Shown here in pieces: positions 9,932-19,309 of a stretch of DNA of 64,000 bases. The translations under genes and the position numbers were made by a program. Below the pieces are notes generated by a model. The model was not told the DNA's origin. It saw nothing but the letters and a program-made list of their open reading frames with translations, and searched no databases. Location: NCBI GenBank assembly GCA_965247985.1, contig OZ252051.1, positions 53,953 through 117,952 of the forward strand, in the 5' to 3' direction. How positions within the stretch are numbered: position 1 is the first letter of the stretch; the number at the start of each line of letters is the position of its first letter. The stretch is from an uncultured Candidatus Binatia bacterium. Lineage in GTDB: Bacteria; Desulfobacterota; Binatia; Bin18.

Positions 9932-11026
9932 ATGCGAGCCTTGGTTATCGGCGGGACCGGACCGACCGGTCACTTTATCGTGAATGGATTGATTGCGCGC
10001 GGATTCGAGGTATCCATCCTGCACACGGGTCGCCACGAAGTGGATGAGATTCCCGAATCCGTGGTCCACATTCATACCAACCCGTTTGATGAGCAGGCGT
10101 TCACGCATGCCCTGGGTGATGCCCATTTTGATGTCACCCTCGCCATGTACGGCCGCTTACGGCGGGTGGCTGAGATTATGGTTGGCCGGACGGAGCGATT
10201 TATTTCGGTCGGTGGGGGCCCTGCCTACCGGGGCTTTATGAACGCGGATATGGTCCATCCGCCGGGACTGCCTGTCCCCACTGGGGAGGATGCAGTCAAG
10301 ACTGCGAGCGAGGCAGAAGACGGCAAAGGCTACCGGGTGTATCGCTCGGAAGAAGTGGTTTTCAAACACCACCCGAATGCTACGCATTTTCGGTATCCCC
10401 AAATCTATGGCGCCTATCAAGTCGTTCCACGCGAATGGTCCATTGTCCACCGCATCTTGGACAAGCGGCCTTTCATCATCCTCCCGGACGACGGCTTATC
10501 GCTGAATCACTCCGGCGCTGCGGCCAATGCCGCTCACGCCCTGCTGTTGGCCGTGGATCAACCCGAGGTTGCCGCCGGGCAGGTGTATAACTGTGGCGAT
10601 GAGCATGTCTTAACCTTAAAGCAGGTCGTGCAATTGTGTGCCGAAGCGCTCGGTCACGAGTGGGAGATTATTTCGATGCCGTACGATCTGGCCGTCAGCG
10701 CCAGACCGTTAATATCACAACCCTGGACGACCCACCGGATGTTTGATCTCACCAAAATCAAATCAGAGCTCGGCTATCGGGATATTGTCTCGCCAGTTGA
10801 GGGCATCAAACAGGCGGCGGTCTGGTTACGCGACCATCCATTAACATCTGGGGGGCGGGAGGAAACGATGCTGCAAGACCCGTTTGACTATGCGGCTGAG
10901 GATCGCTTAGTCGCTGCTTGGAAGCGGGCCGTGCATTCGATTCCGAAAGATTTGTTCCGGCAAGAGCCGGGCTATACCGCATCCTATAGCGGACCGGGCG
11001 GCTCTCAGCGCAAAGGCAGTTGGTGA
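9932..11026 (+). CDS. NAD-dependent epimerase/dehydratase family protein (extended SDR / NmrA-like)
   Basis: N-terminal VIGGTGPTGHFIV Rossmann motif. 364 aa. Confidence 0.8.
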   Translation: MRALVIGGTGPTGHFIVNGLIARGFEVSILHTGRHEVDEIPESVVHIHTNPFDEQAFTHALGDAHFDVTLAMYGRLRRVAEIMVGRTERFISVGGGPAYRGFMNADMVHPPGLPVPTGEDAVKTASEAEDGKGYRVYRSEEVVFKHHPNATHFRYPQIYGAYQVVPREWSIVHRILDKRPFIILPDDGLSLNHSGAAANAAHALLLAVDQPEVAAGQVYNCGDEHVLTLKQVVQLCAEALGHEWEIISMPYDLAVSARPLISQPWTTHRMFDLTKIKSELGYRDIVSPVEGIKQAAVWLRDHPLTSGGREETMLQDPFDYAAEDRLVAAWKRAVHSIPKDLFRQEPGYTASYSGPGGSQRKGSW

Positions 11027-11051
11027 GAACGTGCGGGCACGGCTTCACTTC

Positions 11052-12674
11052 CTATTCTGAATCCGGGAGTGACCAAGGTACGTCTGCCCAGGTGGGATGG
11101 GTCCAGCCATCAAGATCGTAGTGGCTCATGCACTCGTCGACCATAGCTTTCATCGAGGCATTCAGACCCGAATGCTCGGCTGCCTGATAGGTCTCGACCC
11201 GATTGGCTTCATAACCGCCGGCGAAGTTACGCTCGTGGGCCTCTGTGCGACCAGCGAACTCGGTCAGAAACAAATCCCAGATCACGCGCAGGAGTTTCAC
11301 CCGTTCTTCCGCTGTGGCGGTGGCCCCTTTCCAGTAACGGTCAAGTAACGGACGAGTGGCAGGGTTCTTAAAATCCCGGGCCGAGGAGGGGATCTGGATC
11401 AGGTTGCCGGACAACAGGTTCTGGAATATGGTCCGCGCCTTAGTGAAAGTATCGCCGTAAATATTCCGCCATTGGAGCGCATACTCGGTCTTTGGCAGCA
11501 GATAGCCTCCCGGCCCCGGCTCGGCATCCGCCGCCATTGCCGTGGACAGGGCCCAGATGTTGTGCCGCATGCCGAGCAACTCACCGATCACCGATTGTAC
11601 CTCACGCTTACCGGTCTTCTGCTGCATTTCGGTCGCCTGGAGCAGTAAGCCGCAGATAAAGTCGAGCTTGACCGCCGTCCGAGCCGCAGCGTGGAAGGCA
11701 AACCGCTGGGCAAAGCCACGCGGGAAGAGGCCGTTCACAACCGCGGGATTGCGGTACACGGTCACGTCTTCCCAGGGGATAAACACATCATCGAGCACAA
11801 TACTCAAGTCAGACTCGTCAAACCGGCTGGAGAGCGGATAGTCAAAGGGGGAGCCGATTTTTTTGGCCAGATGTTCGTAGGAATACCGGCCCATGAAGGT
11901 GAGACCGGGGGCATTGAAGGGCACGAAGAAGCCAATGGCGAAGTCTTCTTCGCCCTCAACCAGCCCAGCCGGCTGGATATATTGGCTCATATAGGTGACA
12001 TGGCTGAAGGCGGCCCCGGTGGAGACCATGCGCGCCCCACGCACGACAATGCCATCGTCGCGCTCCTTAACGACGTGCATATAGACATCACGCTGCTCGG
12101 CCGGCGGTTTTGAACGGTCACCGGCTGGATTGACCAGGCTCAGATTGACGAACATGACTTCGTCGGCAATCTTCTCATACCAACGCTGCACGTTCGGACC
12201 GTACTCGCCATAAAAATCCACATCCCCGGCCAGCGTTCCGACCAACGCAGCCTTATAGTCAGGTCCGCGCGACAGGGTGCCCCAACTCAGGCGGGCCCAC
12301 TCGGCGATGGCATCCCGGGCTTCGAACAGGTCTTGATGCGTCCGGGGGAGTTTGTAGAACTTGTGTGAACGGGCCCCCCGCTCCGTCACATACGTCAAGA
12401 GATCATGCTTCTCCGGGTCGTGGAGCGTGTCGTACATGCGGGCATACGAGCGGGCGCTCGTGGCAAAGGCTGGGTGGGTGGTGACATCCTTGACCAATTC
12501 ACCATCGAAGTAGATGACCCGTCCGTCACGCAGTCCGGCGAGAAATTCCTCGCCGGTTGGGGGCTCGCGGACGACTTGGGGCGAGGCAGTGGCGGACTGG
12601 GGTAGAGCCTGACCGTTGCCGCTGGGATTGTCCTGGGGTGTCAAGAGCGGCGCCTTGGGTGTCGATTGTTGCAT
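11052..12674 (-). CDS. 4-hydroxyphenylacetate 3-monooxygenase oxygenase-component (HpaB) family two-component flavin monooxygenase, with ~39-aa Q/P-rich N-terminal extension
   Basis: Colinear with E. coli HpaB from TGEEFLAGLRDGRVIYFDGELVKDVTTHPAF through YDYPLSSRFDE to the C-terminus. 540 aa. Substrate unknown. Confidence 0.9.
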   Translation of the reverse strand: MQQSTPKAPLLTPQDNPSGNGQALPQSATASPQVVREPPTGEEFLAGLRDGRVIYFDGELVKDVTTHPAFATSARSYARMYDTLHDPEKHDLLTYVTERGARSHKFYKLPRTHQDLFEARDAIAEWARLSWGTLSRGPDYKAALVGTLAGDVDFYGEYGPNVQRWYEKIADEVMFVNLSLVNPAGDRSKPPAEQRDVYMHVVKERDDGIVVRGARMVSTGAAFSHVTYMSQYIQPAGLVEGEEDFAIGFFVPFNAPGLTFMGRYSYEHLAKKIGSPFDYPLSSRFDESDLSIVLDDVFIPWEDVTVYRNPAVVNGLFPRGFAQRFAFHAAARTAVKLDFICGLLLQATEMQQKTGKREVQSVIGELLGMRHNIWALSTAMAADAEPGPGGYLLPKTEYALQWRNIYGDTFTKARTIFQNLLSGNLIQIPSSARDFKNPATRPLLDRYWKGATATAEERVKLLRVIWDLFLTEFAGRTEAHERNFAGGYEANRVETYQAAEHSGLNASMKAMVDECMSHYDLDGWTHPTWADVPWSLPDSE

Positions 12675-12715
12675 GGCTTTCTCCTTTTGAGTCGATACGA
12701 TGAGAGGCTAGTGGT

Positions 12716-13855
12716 TCAGTAGTCAGCCCGGAGCGTCCGCAAGTCTCCCATGGTTTCCCCATCCCAGTTTTTCCGACAGCCGATCAATGGCAACACCCGC
12801 TCGCCAAAGGTCCGAATCCCGGCGACCCAGTCTGGCCAGCAGAACAGCATGCCTTCAATATTGTGGTCCTCAGCAATTCGGTCGATCTTTCGAGCGACGG
12901 TTTCATACGAACCGATAAGGACAGGCACGTTCATAAACACCATATTCCCGGTCTCAATGTCTCCGGCCAGTAAGTCTGCATCAGCACTGGCATCTTCATT
13001 CCGGAACTGGCCCGATGTCCCACCCTTGACCGTGTCCAGACTCGCCGAGTAGACCAGCGACTTGATGGCCGCTATATCGCCACCGGCTACAATATCTGAG
13101 GCTGTCTGCCAGGCCCGGTCGTCGGTTTCTGCGGCGACAATTTGAAACAAGCCGTAGGTGCCCACCCGCGTATCGTACTTTACGCCGGCTTGCTTGAGGC
13201 CGGCGGCGATAGTATGCAGCCGTTCGGGTGCGACCATCGCAAAACTGTGGCCACCAATCTGAGAGACAAAATCTTGTCCGGCGCTCGACTGCCCCGCCGA
13301 GACAAGGGGAATCTCGTGGGTGGGAGTGGGCAAACACTGACAGTCATCCAAATCAAAGTAGGCACTGTGGTGGGTCATGGTCCCGTCTGTCCACAAGGTC
13401 CGCAGCACGTGTACGTAGTCGAGCGCATACGCATAGCGTTGCGCGTAATACGCATCCCCGCGCCACAGACCCATCTGGGCATACTCAGGCTTATTCCAGC
13501 CGGTGACAATATTGAGCGCGACCCGACCACCGCTAATATCGTCCAGGGTTGCCATGGTGCGCGCCACATAAGCCGGGTGAAGCGCAAGGAGCGATGCGGT
13601 CGGAATCAAGCCGATCCGCTGCGTTACTGTGGCTAGGGCTGAGGTCAGTGAAAACGACTCCAGGCACCCATCCCAATATCCCGTCTCGCCACCAAACCCA
13701 CGAAATTTCATCATTGATAATACGAAATCGAATCCGAGACGCTCGGCTGCAAGGGTAATATCTCTGTTCAGCTCCCAGGTTGGCATATACGGCGGAATCG
13801 CCTTGCTCATGATATAGCCATTGCTGCCGTTCGGCAGAAAAATTCCAAACTTCAT
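12716..13855 (-). CDS. RutA-like (pyrimidine monooxygenase family) LLM flavin-dependent monooxygenase
   Basis: Strong colinearity with RutA (MKFGIFLPNGSNGYIMS.., LSMMKFRGFGGETGYWD, DDISGGRVALNIVTGWNKPEYAQMGLW). Start preferred at ATG 13855 preceded by GGAGG. The track ORF extends to 13990. Confidence 0.8.
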   Translation of the reverse strand: MKFGIFLPNGSNGYIMSKAIPPYMPTWELNRDITLAAERLGFDFVLSMMKFRGFGGETGYWDGCLESFSLTSALATVTQRIGLIPTASLLALHPAYVARTMATLDDISGGRVALNIVTGWNKPEYAQMGLWRGDAYYAQRYAYALDYVHVLRTLWTDGTMTHHSAYFDLDDCQCLPTPTHEIPLVSAGQSSAGQDFVSQIGGHSFAMVAPERLHTIAAGLKQAGVKYDTRVGTYGLFQIVAAETDDRAWQTASDIVAGGDIAAIKSLVYSASLDTVKGGTSGQFRNEDASADADLLAGDIETGNMVFMNVPVLIGSYETVARKIDRIAEDHNIEGMLFCWPDWVAGIRTFGERVLPLIGCRKNWDGETMGDLRTLRADY

Positions 13856-14040
13856 AGGATGCCTCCGTGAGGAGAACGTTGGCCCAACCTGAATCGGTCT
13901 GAGCGACACCTTTGCCTGAGTACGGCTCTGCATCAACCCACTTTCTGCCCCCATAGCACCCTGCCTGGTCCTGTCAACATTAGGGGCCATCGCTCAGGCT
14001 AGATACCCCGACACACGCTACATATAGAGTCAGTAGGTCG

Positions 14041-14113
14041 GATTAGCAAAGTGTAATCCGACAAGGACGGGAGGTCGGGTTACGCCTACGGCTAACCCGA
14101 CCTACAAGGCGAC
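14041..14113. repeat. nested palindromic element GTAGGTCGGATTA...TAATCCGAC / GGTCGGGTTA-N10-TAACCCGACCTAC (two adjacent hairpins)
   Basis: Seen directly in the intergenic spacer between two tandem minus-strand LLM genes. A diverged second copy lies at 51015-51047. Confidence 0.45.
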
Positions 14114-14165
14114 ACATAATGGTGAATTGCCCGAGCCTACGGAACTTCATCCCTCGTCGAGGATG

Positions 14166-15395
14166 CTATATATAGTGTGGTAGGACTTCCTCGCCGACTT
14201 TTCGGATGGCGCGTTTGACTTCTTCAAGCGGCAGCAGCCCCTGGTCGCCCTGCCAGATAAACCACTCCGGATTGCCCGCTTCGATCAGTTGATCCATAGC
14301 GCGACGGATATCACTCGTTGTTCCGGCCAGGGCAAAGTTCGCGTCGATCATCCGTTCGGGCGTGGCTTCGGAGGCCGGCAGCGGACCCTCGCCATATTTT
14401 TTGTTGTCCGCCTCGGTGCGGAATGCCTCCAGAAAGCCGAAATGGTAGAAAAAGTTCTGGAAGCCATAGCCACAGAAGCCGGCCGTCAGCATCTTCTTGG
14501 CCGCCTCTTGGGTATCTCCGGGGTAAATCGCGCGCAGCACGCCGAGCGATTTACCGAACTCCAGGGCGCGGCCTGCGGTCTTGGCTTCTTCGACATGGGT
14601 CTCGGCGAAAAAACGTACCTGGTCGTGGTCGGAAATGAACAGGGTCGGCACGATGTTCTCCCTGGCACACCACCGAACGGTTGCCTCGCTCATGGAGAAG
14701 GCTTGGAAGAGAGTGGGATGGGGCTTCTGATACGGCTTGGGCACGATGTCGATCATCTGGACCCGCCCGTTTTCATCGATCTCGCCCGGAGAGCCGTGTT
14801 CGCGCGTCCATTCGTGGGCCTGCCAGGGAGTGCCTTCCTCATAGGGATACGGATACTCGTAGTGCTTGCCCTTGAAACGAAAGGGTTCGTCTTTCCAGGC
14901 CAGTTTCAAAATCTGAAAGACCTCTTCAAACGCCTCGCGATTGCGGACATCGATGTCGCTCTGATCGCTGACCGTCGCGCCGATGTGAATCTTCTGCGCC
15001 ATGGGGTTGAGCCAGCGAGATTGATAGCCACGGGCAAAGCCGACGTGCGTGCGCCCTTTGGTGAGTTGGTCGAGCCAGGCAATCTCAAGGGCGAGCCGCA
15101 GCGGGTTCCAGCCCGGCAGGACGTAGCCGATGGGACCAACCTTGAGCGTTGAGGTCTGGTGAATCACATATTGGGTCAGCACGGGCAGACTCCCGATTTC
15201 CATGCCTTCGGTATGCAGATGGTGCTCGGGAAAGGCGACTCCGGTGAAGCCCAGGTCTTCCACCATACGCGCAATCTCGGCGACTTCATCGAACATTTTT
15301 TGCCAGCGCTCGGTGTGGTGGGCAATGGGTCGGAGGTCTTTCCGTTCTTGGGGAGTGGCCGGAATGGACGGCAGACAAAAATACATGAACTTCAT
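14166..15395 (-). CDS. LLM family flavin-dependent oxidoreductase
   Basis: 409 aa. LLM core with an insertion. Related to CDS 2172. Confidence 0.8.
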   Translation of the reverse strand: MKFMYFCLPSIPATPQERKDLRPIAHHTERWQKMFDEVAEIARMVEDLGFTGVAFPEHHLHTEGMEIGSLPVLTQYVIHQTSTLKVGPIGYVLPGWNPLRLALEIAWLDQLTKGRTHVGFARGYQSRWLNPMAQKIHIGATVSDQSDIDVRNREAFEEVFQILKLAWKDEPFRFKGKHYEYPYPYEEGTPWQAHEWTREHGSPGEIDENGRVQMIDIVPKPYQKPHPTLFQAFSMSEATVRWCARENIVPTLFISDHDQVRFFAETHVEEAKTAGRALEFGKSLGVLRAIYPGDTQEAAKKMLTAGFCGYGFQNFFYHFGFLEAFRTEADNKKYGEGPLPASEATPERMIDANFALAGTTSDIRRAMDQLIEAGNPEWFIWQGDQGLLPLEEVKRAIRKVGEEVLPHYI

Positions 15396-15492
15396 ACGGG
15401 ATCTCCTTCTTGATGAGCGTCTCCTTACTTACAGGACCAGCGGGAATGCAGCAATTCTTCAAGCGGAGGGGATGTCCTGGAAGAGGCCATCT

Positions 15493-15837
15493 CTACAGTA
15501 TCATTTTGACACTCGGAATATGCTTGAGGCTGCTGAATATGGTCTTCCGCTCTTCTTCACTTTTGACGTGAACGGAGAGATTAAACGACGTATACTTTCC
15601 TGTCCGACTGTGGCGGGATTCACTGAACTGATATTCGAACGCCTCAAGCATAACGACGATGCTATCCGTTATCTGCGCTGTATCAGAACCAATTATCTTG
15701 AACGACCACGTGCAAGGATATTCAATTTTCGGCGAGTCCAAATAGTCCTCCTGTATGTCCTCATCCTTGTCGAGCACTGCGATGTGAGCTAAGACGCTAG
15801 CAAGTCCGGCTGGCTCAACTGATTTAATGAACTTCAC
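15493..15837 (-). CDS. DUF493 / YbeD (UPF0250) family protein with ~35-aa N-terminal extension, in low-GC islet
   Basis: C-terminal 80 aa align to E. coli YbeD (EYP..FKIIG...SRTGKYTSFNLSV...VKMIL). Local GC ~45% versus ~59% in the flanks. Confidence 0.65.
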   Translation of the reverse strand: MKFIKSVEPAGLASVLAHIAVLDKDEDIQEDYLDSPKIEYPCTWSFKIIGSDTAQITDSIVVMLEAFEYQFSESRHSRTGKYTSFNLSVHVKSEEERKTIFSSLKHIPSVKMIL

Positions 15838-15884
15838 GAAGTGATCCTGGCTGTGACTGAATTTTTACACAAGGGGGGACTCAG

Positions 15885-16409
15885 ATGACACAACCGCTGC
15901 ACACCGTTCGTCAGTTAGCCTATGTGGTTAGAGACATGGACGCTGCGCTCAAATACTGGGTGGATGTTCTGAAGGTGGGGCCATTCTATTTGTTTGAACA
16001 TTGTCCACTCAAAAATCAGCGCTACCGAGGCAATCCCTCGAATGTGGATGTGACGTTGGCCCTGGGAAATAGTGGCGCCCTCCAAATCGAACTGATTGTT
16101 CAACATAACGCTGAGCCATCCGTCTACAAAGAGTTCCTGGACGCCGGTCGGGTTGGCGTCCATCATTTCGGCCTCATGCCCGAAGACTACAAAGCAACCT
16201 ATGCCCAGTATAAGGAGCTGGGCCATGAGGCCGCGTTTGAGTGCACGGTGGGCAATGCCGAACTGGTGTATTTTGACACGGTCCAAACCATCGGTCATTA
16301 TACCGAACTGTGGGACAATAACGCTGTCTTCAAGGATTTGTTTATGTTAGTTGAGAACGCGGCCAAAGACTGGGACGGCAAAGACCCTGTCCGACCGGGA
16401 CCGTTATAG
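15885..16409 (+). CDS. VOC family protein (glyoxalase/bleomycin-resistance/extradiol dioxygenase fold)
   Basis: 174 aa with two beta-alpha-beta-beta-beta modules. GGGGGA RBS upstream. Confidence 0.75.
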   Translation: MTQPLHTVRQLAYVVRDMDAALKYWVDVLKVGPFYLFEHCPLKNQRYRGNPSNVDVTLALGNSGALQIELIVQHNAEPSVYKEFLDAGRVGVHHFGLMPEDYKATYAQYKELGHEAAFECTVGNAELVYFDTVQTIGHYTELWDNNAVFKDLFMLVENAAKDWDGKDPVRPGPL

Positions 16410-16423
16410 AGAGATGCAAAGGA

Positions 16424-16444
16424 CCCTCTCCCAGAGGGAGAGGG
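16424..16444 (+). repeat. CCCTCTCCC-aga-GGGAGAGGG hairpin, copy b; terminator-like after the VOC gene
   Basis: Perfect 9-bp stem beginning 15 nt after the stop at 16409. Confidence 0.45.
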
Positions 16445-16500
16445 GAAAAAGACCCAAGTAAGACCAACGTCAGAACAATACAGGAGAACAGGAGGAAGTT

Positions 16501-17388
16501 ATGCATTGGCAAGTAGGCGACACCAAAATCACGAAGATTGAGGAAATCGTATATCCGGAATTTTCGGATGTGCTGCCGACCGCAACACCCGAGGTCGTGA
16601 AACAGGTCGAGTGGCTCTTTCCCCACTTTGTCACGCCCGAAGGCATGCTCTCCCTGAGCATTCATTCGCTGATCGTGGACACGCCCGGTGCGACCGTGGT
16701 GGTGGACACCTGCATCGGCAACGGCCGCAACCGCGCCCCCATGGACATCATGAGCAATCTGTCCACCTCGTTCTTGGATGACATGAAGGCGGCCGGTTAC
16801 GACCCGGACGGCATTGACTACGTCATGTGCACCCACCTGCATCTTGACCATGTAGGCTGGAACACGCAGATGGTTGACGGCAAATGGGTCCCGACATTTC
16901 CGAACGCGTCCTATCTGATGGATCAGAAAGAGCTGGAGCTGTTTGGCAATATTGACGACGATATGATCGCCAGCCTGCCGGCCGATGCGGTCGACTTCTT
17001 CAAGATTCAACAACGCGTGTTCGAGGACTCCATGAAGCCGGTTTTTGACGCCGGTCTGGCCAAGTCGATCGACGCGCCGACCACGATTTGCGAAGGGGTC
17101 CGGCTGATTCCGACGCCGGGTCATACGCCCGGCCACTGCTCGGTCGTGGTTGAGTCCAATGGCGCGGCGGCCATGATTACCGGGGACTTCATTCACCATC
17201 CGATCCAGTTCCACGACCCGAATATCTGCACTCCGTTCGATATCGACAACACTATGGCGCTGGCAACCCGTTGGCGGACCTTTGAGCAGTTTGCGGATAC
17301 GCCGACGCTGATTATCGGCACCCACTTTGCCGGACCAAGCGCCGGCAAGCTGGTCCGAGACGGCGCCGGCTATCGTCTGGACGTCTAA
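16501..17388 (+). CDS. MBL-fold metallo-hydrolase (lactonase-like)
   Basis: HLHLDHVGWN (HxHxDH) motif. 295 aa. AGGAGGAAG RBS. Confidence 0.85.
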   Translation: MHWQVGDTKITKIEEIVYPEFSDVLPTATPEVVKQVEWLFPHFVTPEGMLSLSIHSLIVDTPGATVVVDTCIGNGRNRAPMDIMSNLSTSFLDDMKAAGYDPDGIDYVMCTHLHLDHVGWNTQMVDGKWVPTFPNASYLMDQKELELFGNIDDDMIASLPADAVDFFKIQQRVFEDSMKPVFDAGLAKSIDAPTTICEGVRLIPTPGHTPGHCSVVVESNGAAAMITGDFIHHPIQFHDPNICTPFDIDNTMALATRWRTFEQFADTPTLIIGTHFAGPSAGKLVRDGAGYRLDV

Positions 17389-17390
17389 TC

Positions 17391-17447
17391 AGGATTAAAG
17401 GATTACAGGATTATCCTGATAAAGGGTGGGTCCTCCCGGACCCACCT
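17391..17447. terminator. convergent-gene spacer with 3 x AGGATTA direct repeats, palindrome CAGGATTATCCTG and 9-bp stem hairpin GGTGGGTCC-tccc-GGACCCACC
   Basis: Lies between the MBL gene (+, ends 17388) and the aldolase gene (-, ends 17518). Seen directly. Confidence 0.35.
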
Positions 17448-17517
17448 TACTCCCGGGCCCATCTTACTCTCGGACCAAGCCACGGCCCGGCTTTCCTTGC
17501 GTCTTGCCGCGTTGAGT

Positions 17518-18255
17518 TCACTCCAGGAAGGCGGGAGCCTCACGCTTGAGTATCCGCTTGATGGCGTCCAGATGAAGGGCGGCTTGTTGGCGGTCCGTTT
17601 CAAGCTGCTCACACGTGTGACGACACACCTGGTCAGAGACCCGTTTGAGCGGCAAGCCTGTTGAGTGGGCCAGCACCTGAACCATGCACGCCCGCTCCAG
17701 GTAGTATAAATCGTCGAACGCGGTTGCCACGTCCGGCCCGGTCACAATCACGCCGTGGTTGGCCAGAAACAACACCTTCCCTCTGGTCAACTTGTCCCTG
17801 AGCCGCTGTCCTTCGGCCTCGTCCAGGGCGAGACCGTTATACTCCTCTTCGTACGCCACACCATCATAGAAGCGTAGCGCATTCTGACTGATCCATTCGA
17901 GACGACCGCCGTCGATTGCGCACAGGGCGGTCGCATACGGCATGTGGGTGTGGAGCACACACCGGGCAGACGGGTTGCCGAAGTGAATCTGAGAGTGAAT
18001 GAAGAACGCCGTGGGCTCAACCTTCCACTTCCCTTCGATCACGTGGCCGTCCGGGTCAACGATGAGCAGGTCACTCGTCTGTAGCTCGGACCAATGAATG
18101 CCTTGGGGATTGAGCAGAAACCGGTCGGTCGTACCTGGAACGACAAGACTGAAATGATTACAGATACCCTCACTCAGCCCGAGCCGGTCTGCCCAGCGCA
18201 GCACCGCGGTGAGGTCAATGCGTGCCTGCCGAAGGGCTTCAGTATGCGTATCCAT
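17518..18255 (-). CDS. class II aldolase/adducin family protein
   Basis: 245 aa. Conserved metal-binding histidines (HTHMPYATA). Confidence 0.85.
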   Translation of the reverse strand: MDTHTEALRQARIDLTAVLRWADRLGLSEGICNHFSLVVPGTTDRFLLNPQGIHWSELQTSDLLIVDPDGHVIEGKWKVEPTAFFIHSQIHFGNPSARCVLHTHMPYATALCAIDGGRLEWISQNALRFYDGVAYEEEYNGLALDEAEGQRLRDKLTRGKVLFLANHGVIVTGPDVATAFDDLYYLERACMVQVLAHSTGLPLKRVSDQVCRHTCEQLETDRQQAALHLDAIKRILKREAPAFLE

Positions 18256-18394
18256 ATTGTTCCTCGCTATGCTTATGCTATCTCAACAAGTCAAGGTTAA
18301 TAAAGTTGCAACGTCCATACATGGGCTACTTGGATAATCTTCATTATGCTGACGCATTGCCTGCCACTGACTCGAATGCTAGCATATTGCAGTC

Positions 18395-18622
18395 ATGGCA
18401 GCTTTAACGATTCGTAACCTTTCGCCGGAGGTTATTCAATCTATAAAACTTCTCGCACAACGCAATCATCGTTCTATGGAGCAAGAAGTCCGCGAGATGA
18501 TTGAGCGCTACGTTGGAGACAGGCTTTCGGCAATTGAGCAGATTAAGCGTTCGTGGGATTCTCAAAGTCGATCACCATCGGCCCAGGAAATTGATTCCTG
18601 GATCCAAGAAGGACGGCGGTGA
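18395..18622 (+). CDS. vapB: type II antitoxin, ribbon-helix-helix (VapB/FitA-like)
   Basis: 75 aa. N-terminal LTIRNLSPEVIQSIKLLAQRNHRSMEQEVREMIE RHH pattern. 4-nt GTGA overlap with the downstream PIN gene. Low-GC islet. Confidence 0.65.
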   Translation: MAALTIRNLSPEVIQSIKLLAQRNHRSMEQEVREMIERYVGDRLSAIEQIKRSWDSQSRSPSAQEIDSWIQEGRR

Positions 18623-19032
18623 GAGTCGTTGTAGACACGAACGTCATTGCCTACTTTCTCCTCGGCACTCAGCCTTTCCGTCAAGAGTGCGATACGTTCT
18701 GGCGTACGATTGAAGAACCTGTGGCACCCACTTCATGGGAAGCGGAACTCACGAATGTTTTATGGATGGCTGTTCGCACAAAAGTCATACCTCTTCCAGA
18801 AGCACTCCATAAGCTCGATTTGGCAGCAACACTTGGTATACGCGCCGCGCCGATACATAGTTTATGGTATGGTGCTCTCGTCCGTGCCTCTTCAGCGAAT
18901 ATAGCAGCCTATGATACGCTTTTTGTTGAGCTCGCCGAGCGACAGGGATGTCTTCTCGCAACCTTTGACAAGCGGTTATTGCAAGCCTTTCCGAAAATTG
19001 CAGTGAGACCGAGGTCGGTAGCAACGTCCTAG
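18619..19032 (+). CDS. vapC: PIN-domain ribonuclease toxin VapC
   Basis: VVDTNVIAYFLLG N-terminal PIN motif. 137 aa. GTG start overlapping the antitoxin stop. Confidence 0.8.
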   Translation: MRVVVDTNVIAYFLLGTQPFRQECDTFWRTIEEPVAPTSWEAELTNVLWMAVRTKVIPLPEALHKLDLAATLGIRAAPIHSLWYGALVRASSANIAAYDTLFVELAERQGCLLATFDKRLLQAFPKIAVRPRSVATS

Positions 19033-19102
19033 TGGGGCCCCTGCTCAAGTAGCGTGCGCTACGCGCACGGAAACTTTAGAGTTTAGAAAGAGTTTCAGCA
19101 CC

Positions 19103-19309
19103 ATGCCAACTAAGGCCTACGATACATTCCTGCTTGAAGAACTTCGAGATCCAGAGACTGCGGCGGCATATCTCTCTGCTCTCTCTGCGGCAATAGAAGA
19201 TGGCACGGGGGACGAGTTTCTCATTGCCCTCCGAAATGTTGCCGAAGCCCACGGTGGACTTGGAGTCTTAATCCGCAACAGCGAATATCAACCGGCAAAG
19301 TATGTATAA
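19103..19309 (+). CDS. truncated 'addiction-module antidote' family protein (N-terminal half only; HTH part missing)
   Basis: 68 aa. MPTKAYDTFLLEELRDPETAAAYLSALSAAIEDG resembles the N-terminal region of TIGR02684-type antidotes. No partner killer gene is present. Confidence 0.35.
   Translation: MPTKAYDTFLLEELRDPETAAAYLSALSAAIEDGTGDEFLIALRNVAEAHGGLGVLIRNSEYQPAKYV

Noticed and set aside
11052-12674. Calling the HpaB-family gene hpaB with 4-hydroxyphenylacetate as substrate
   Set aside because: Family membership is clear, but this family also includes phenol, chlorophenol and other hydroxylases. There is no hpaC or hpa catabolic neighbourhood.
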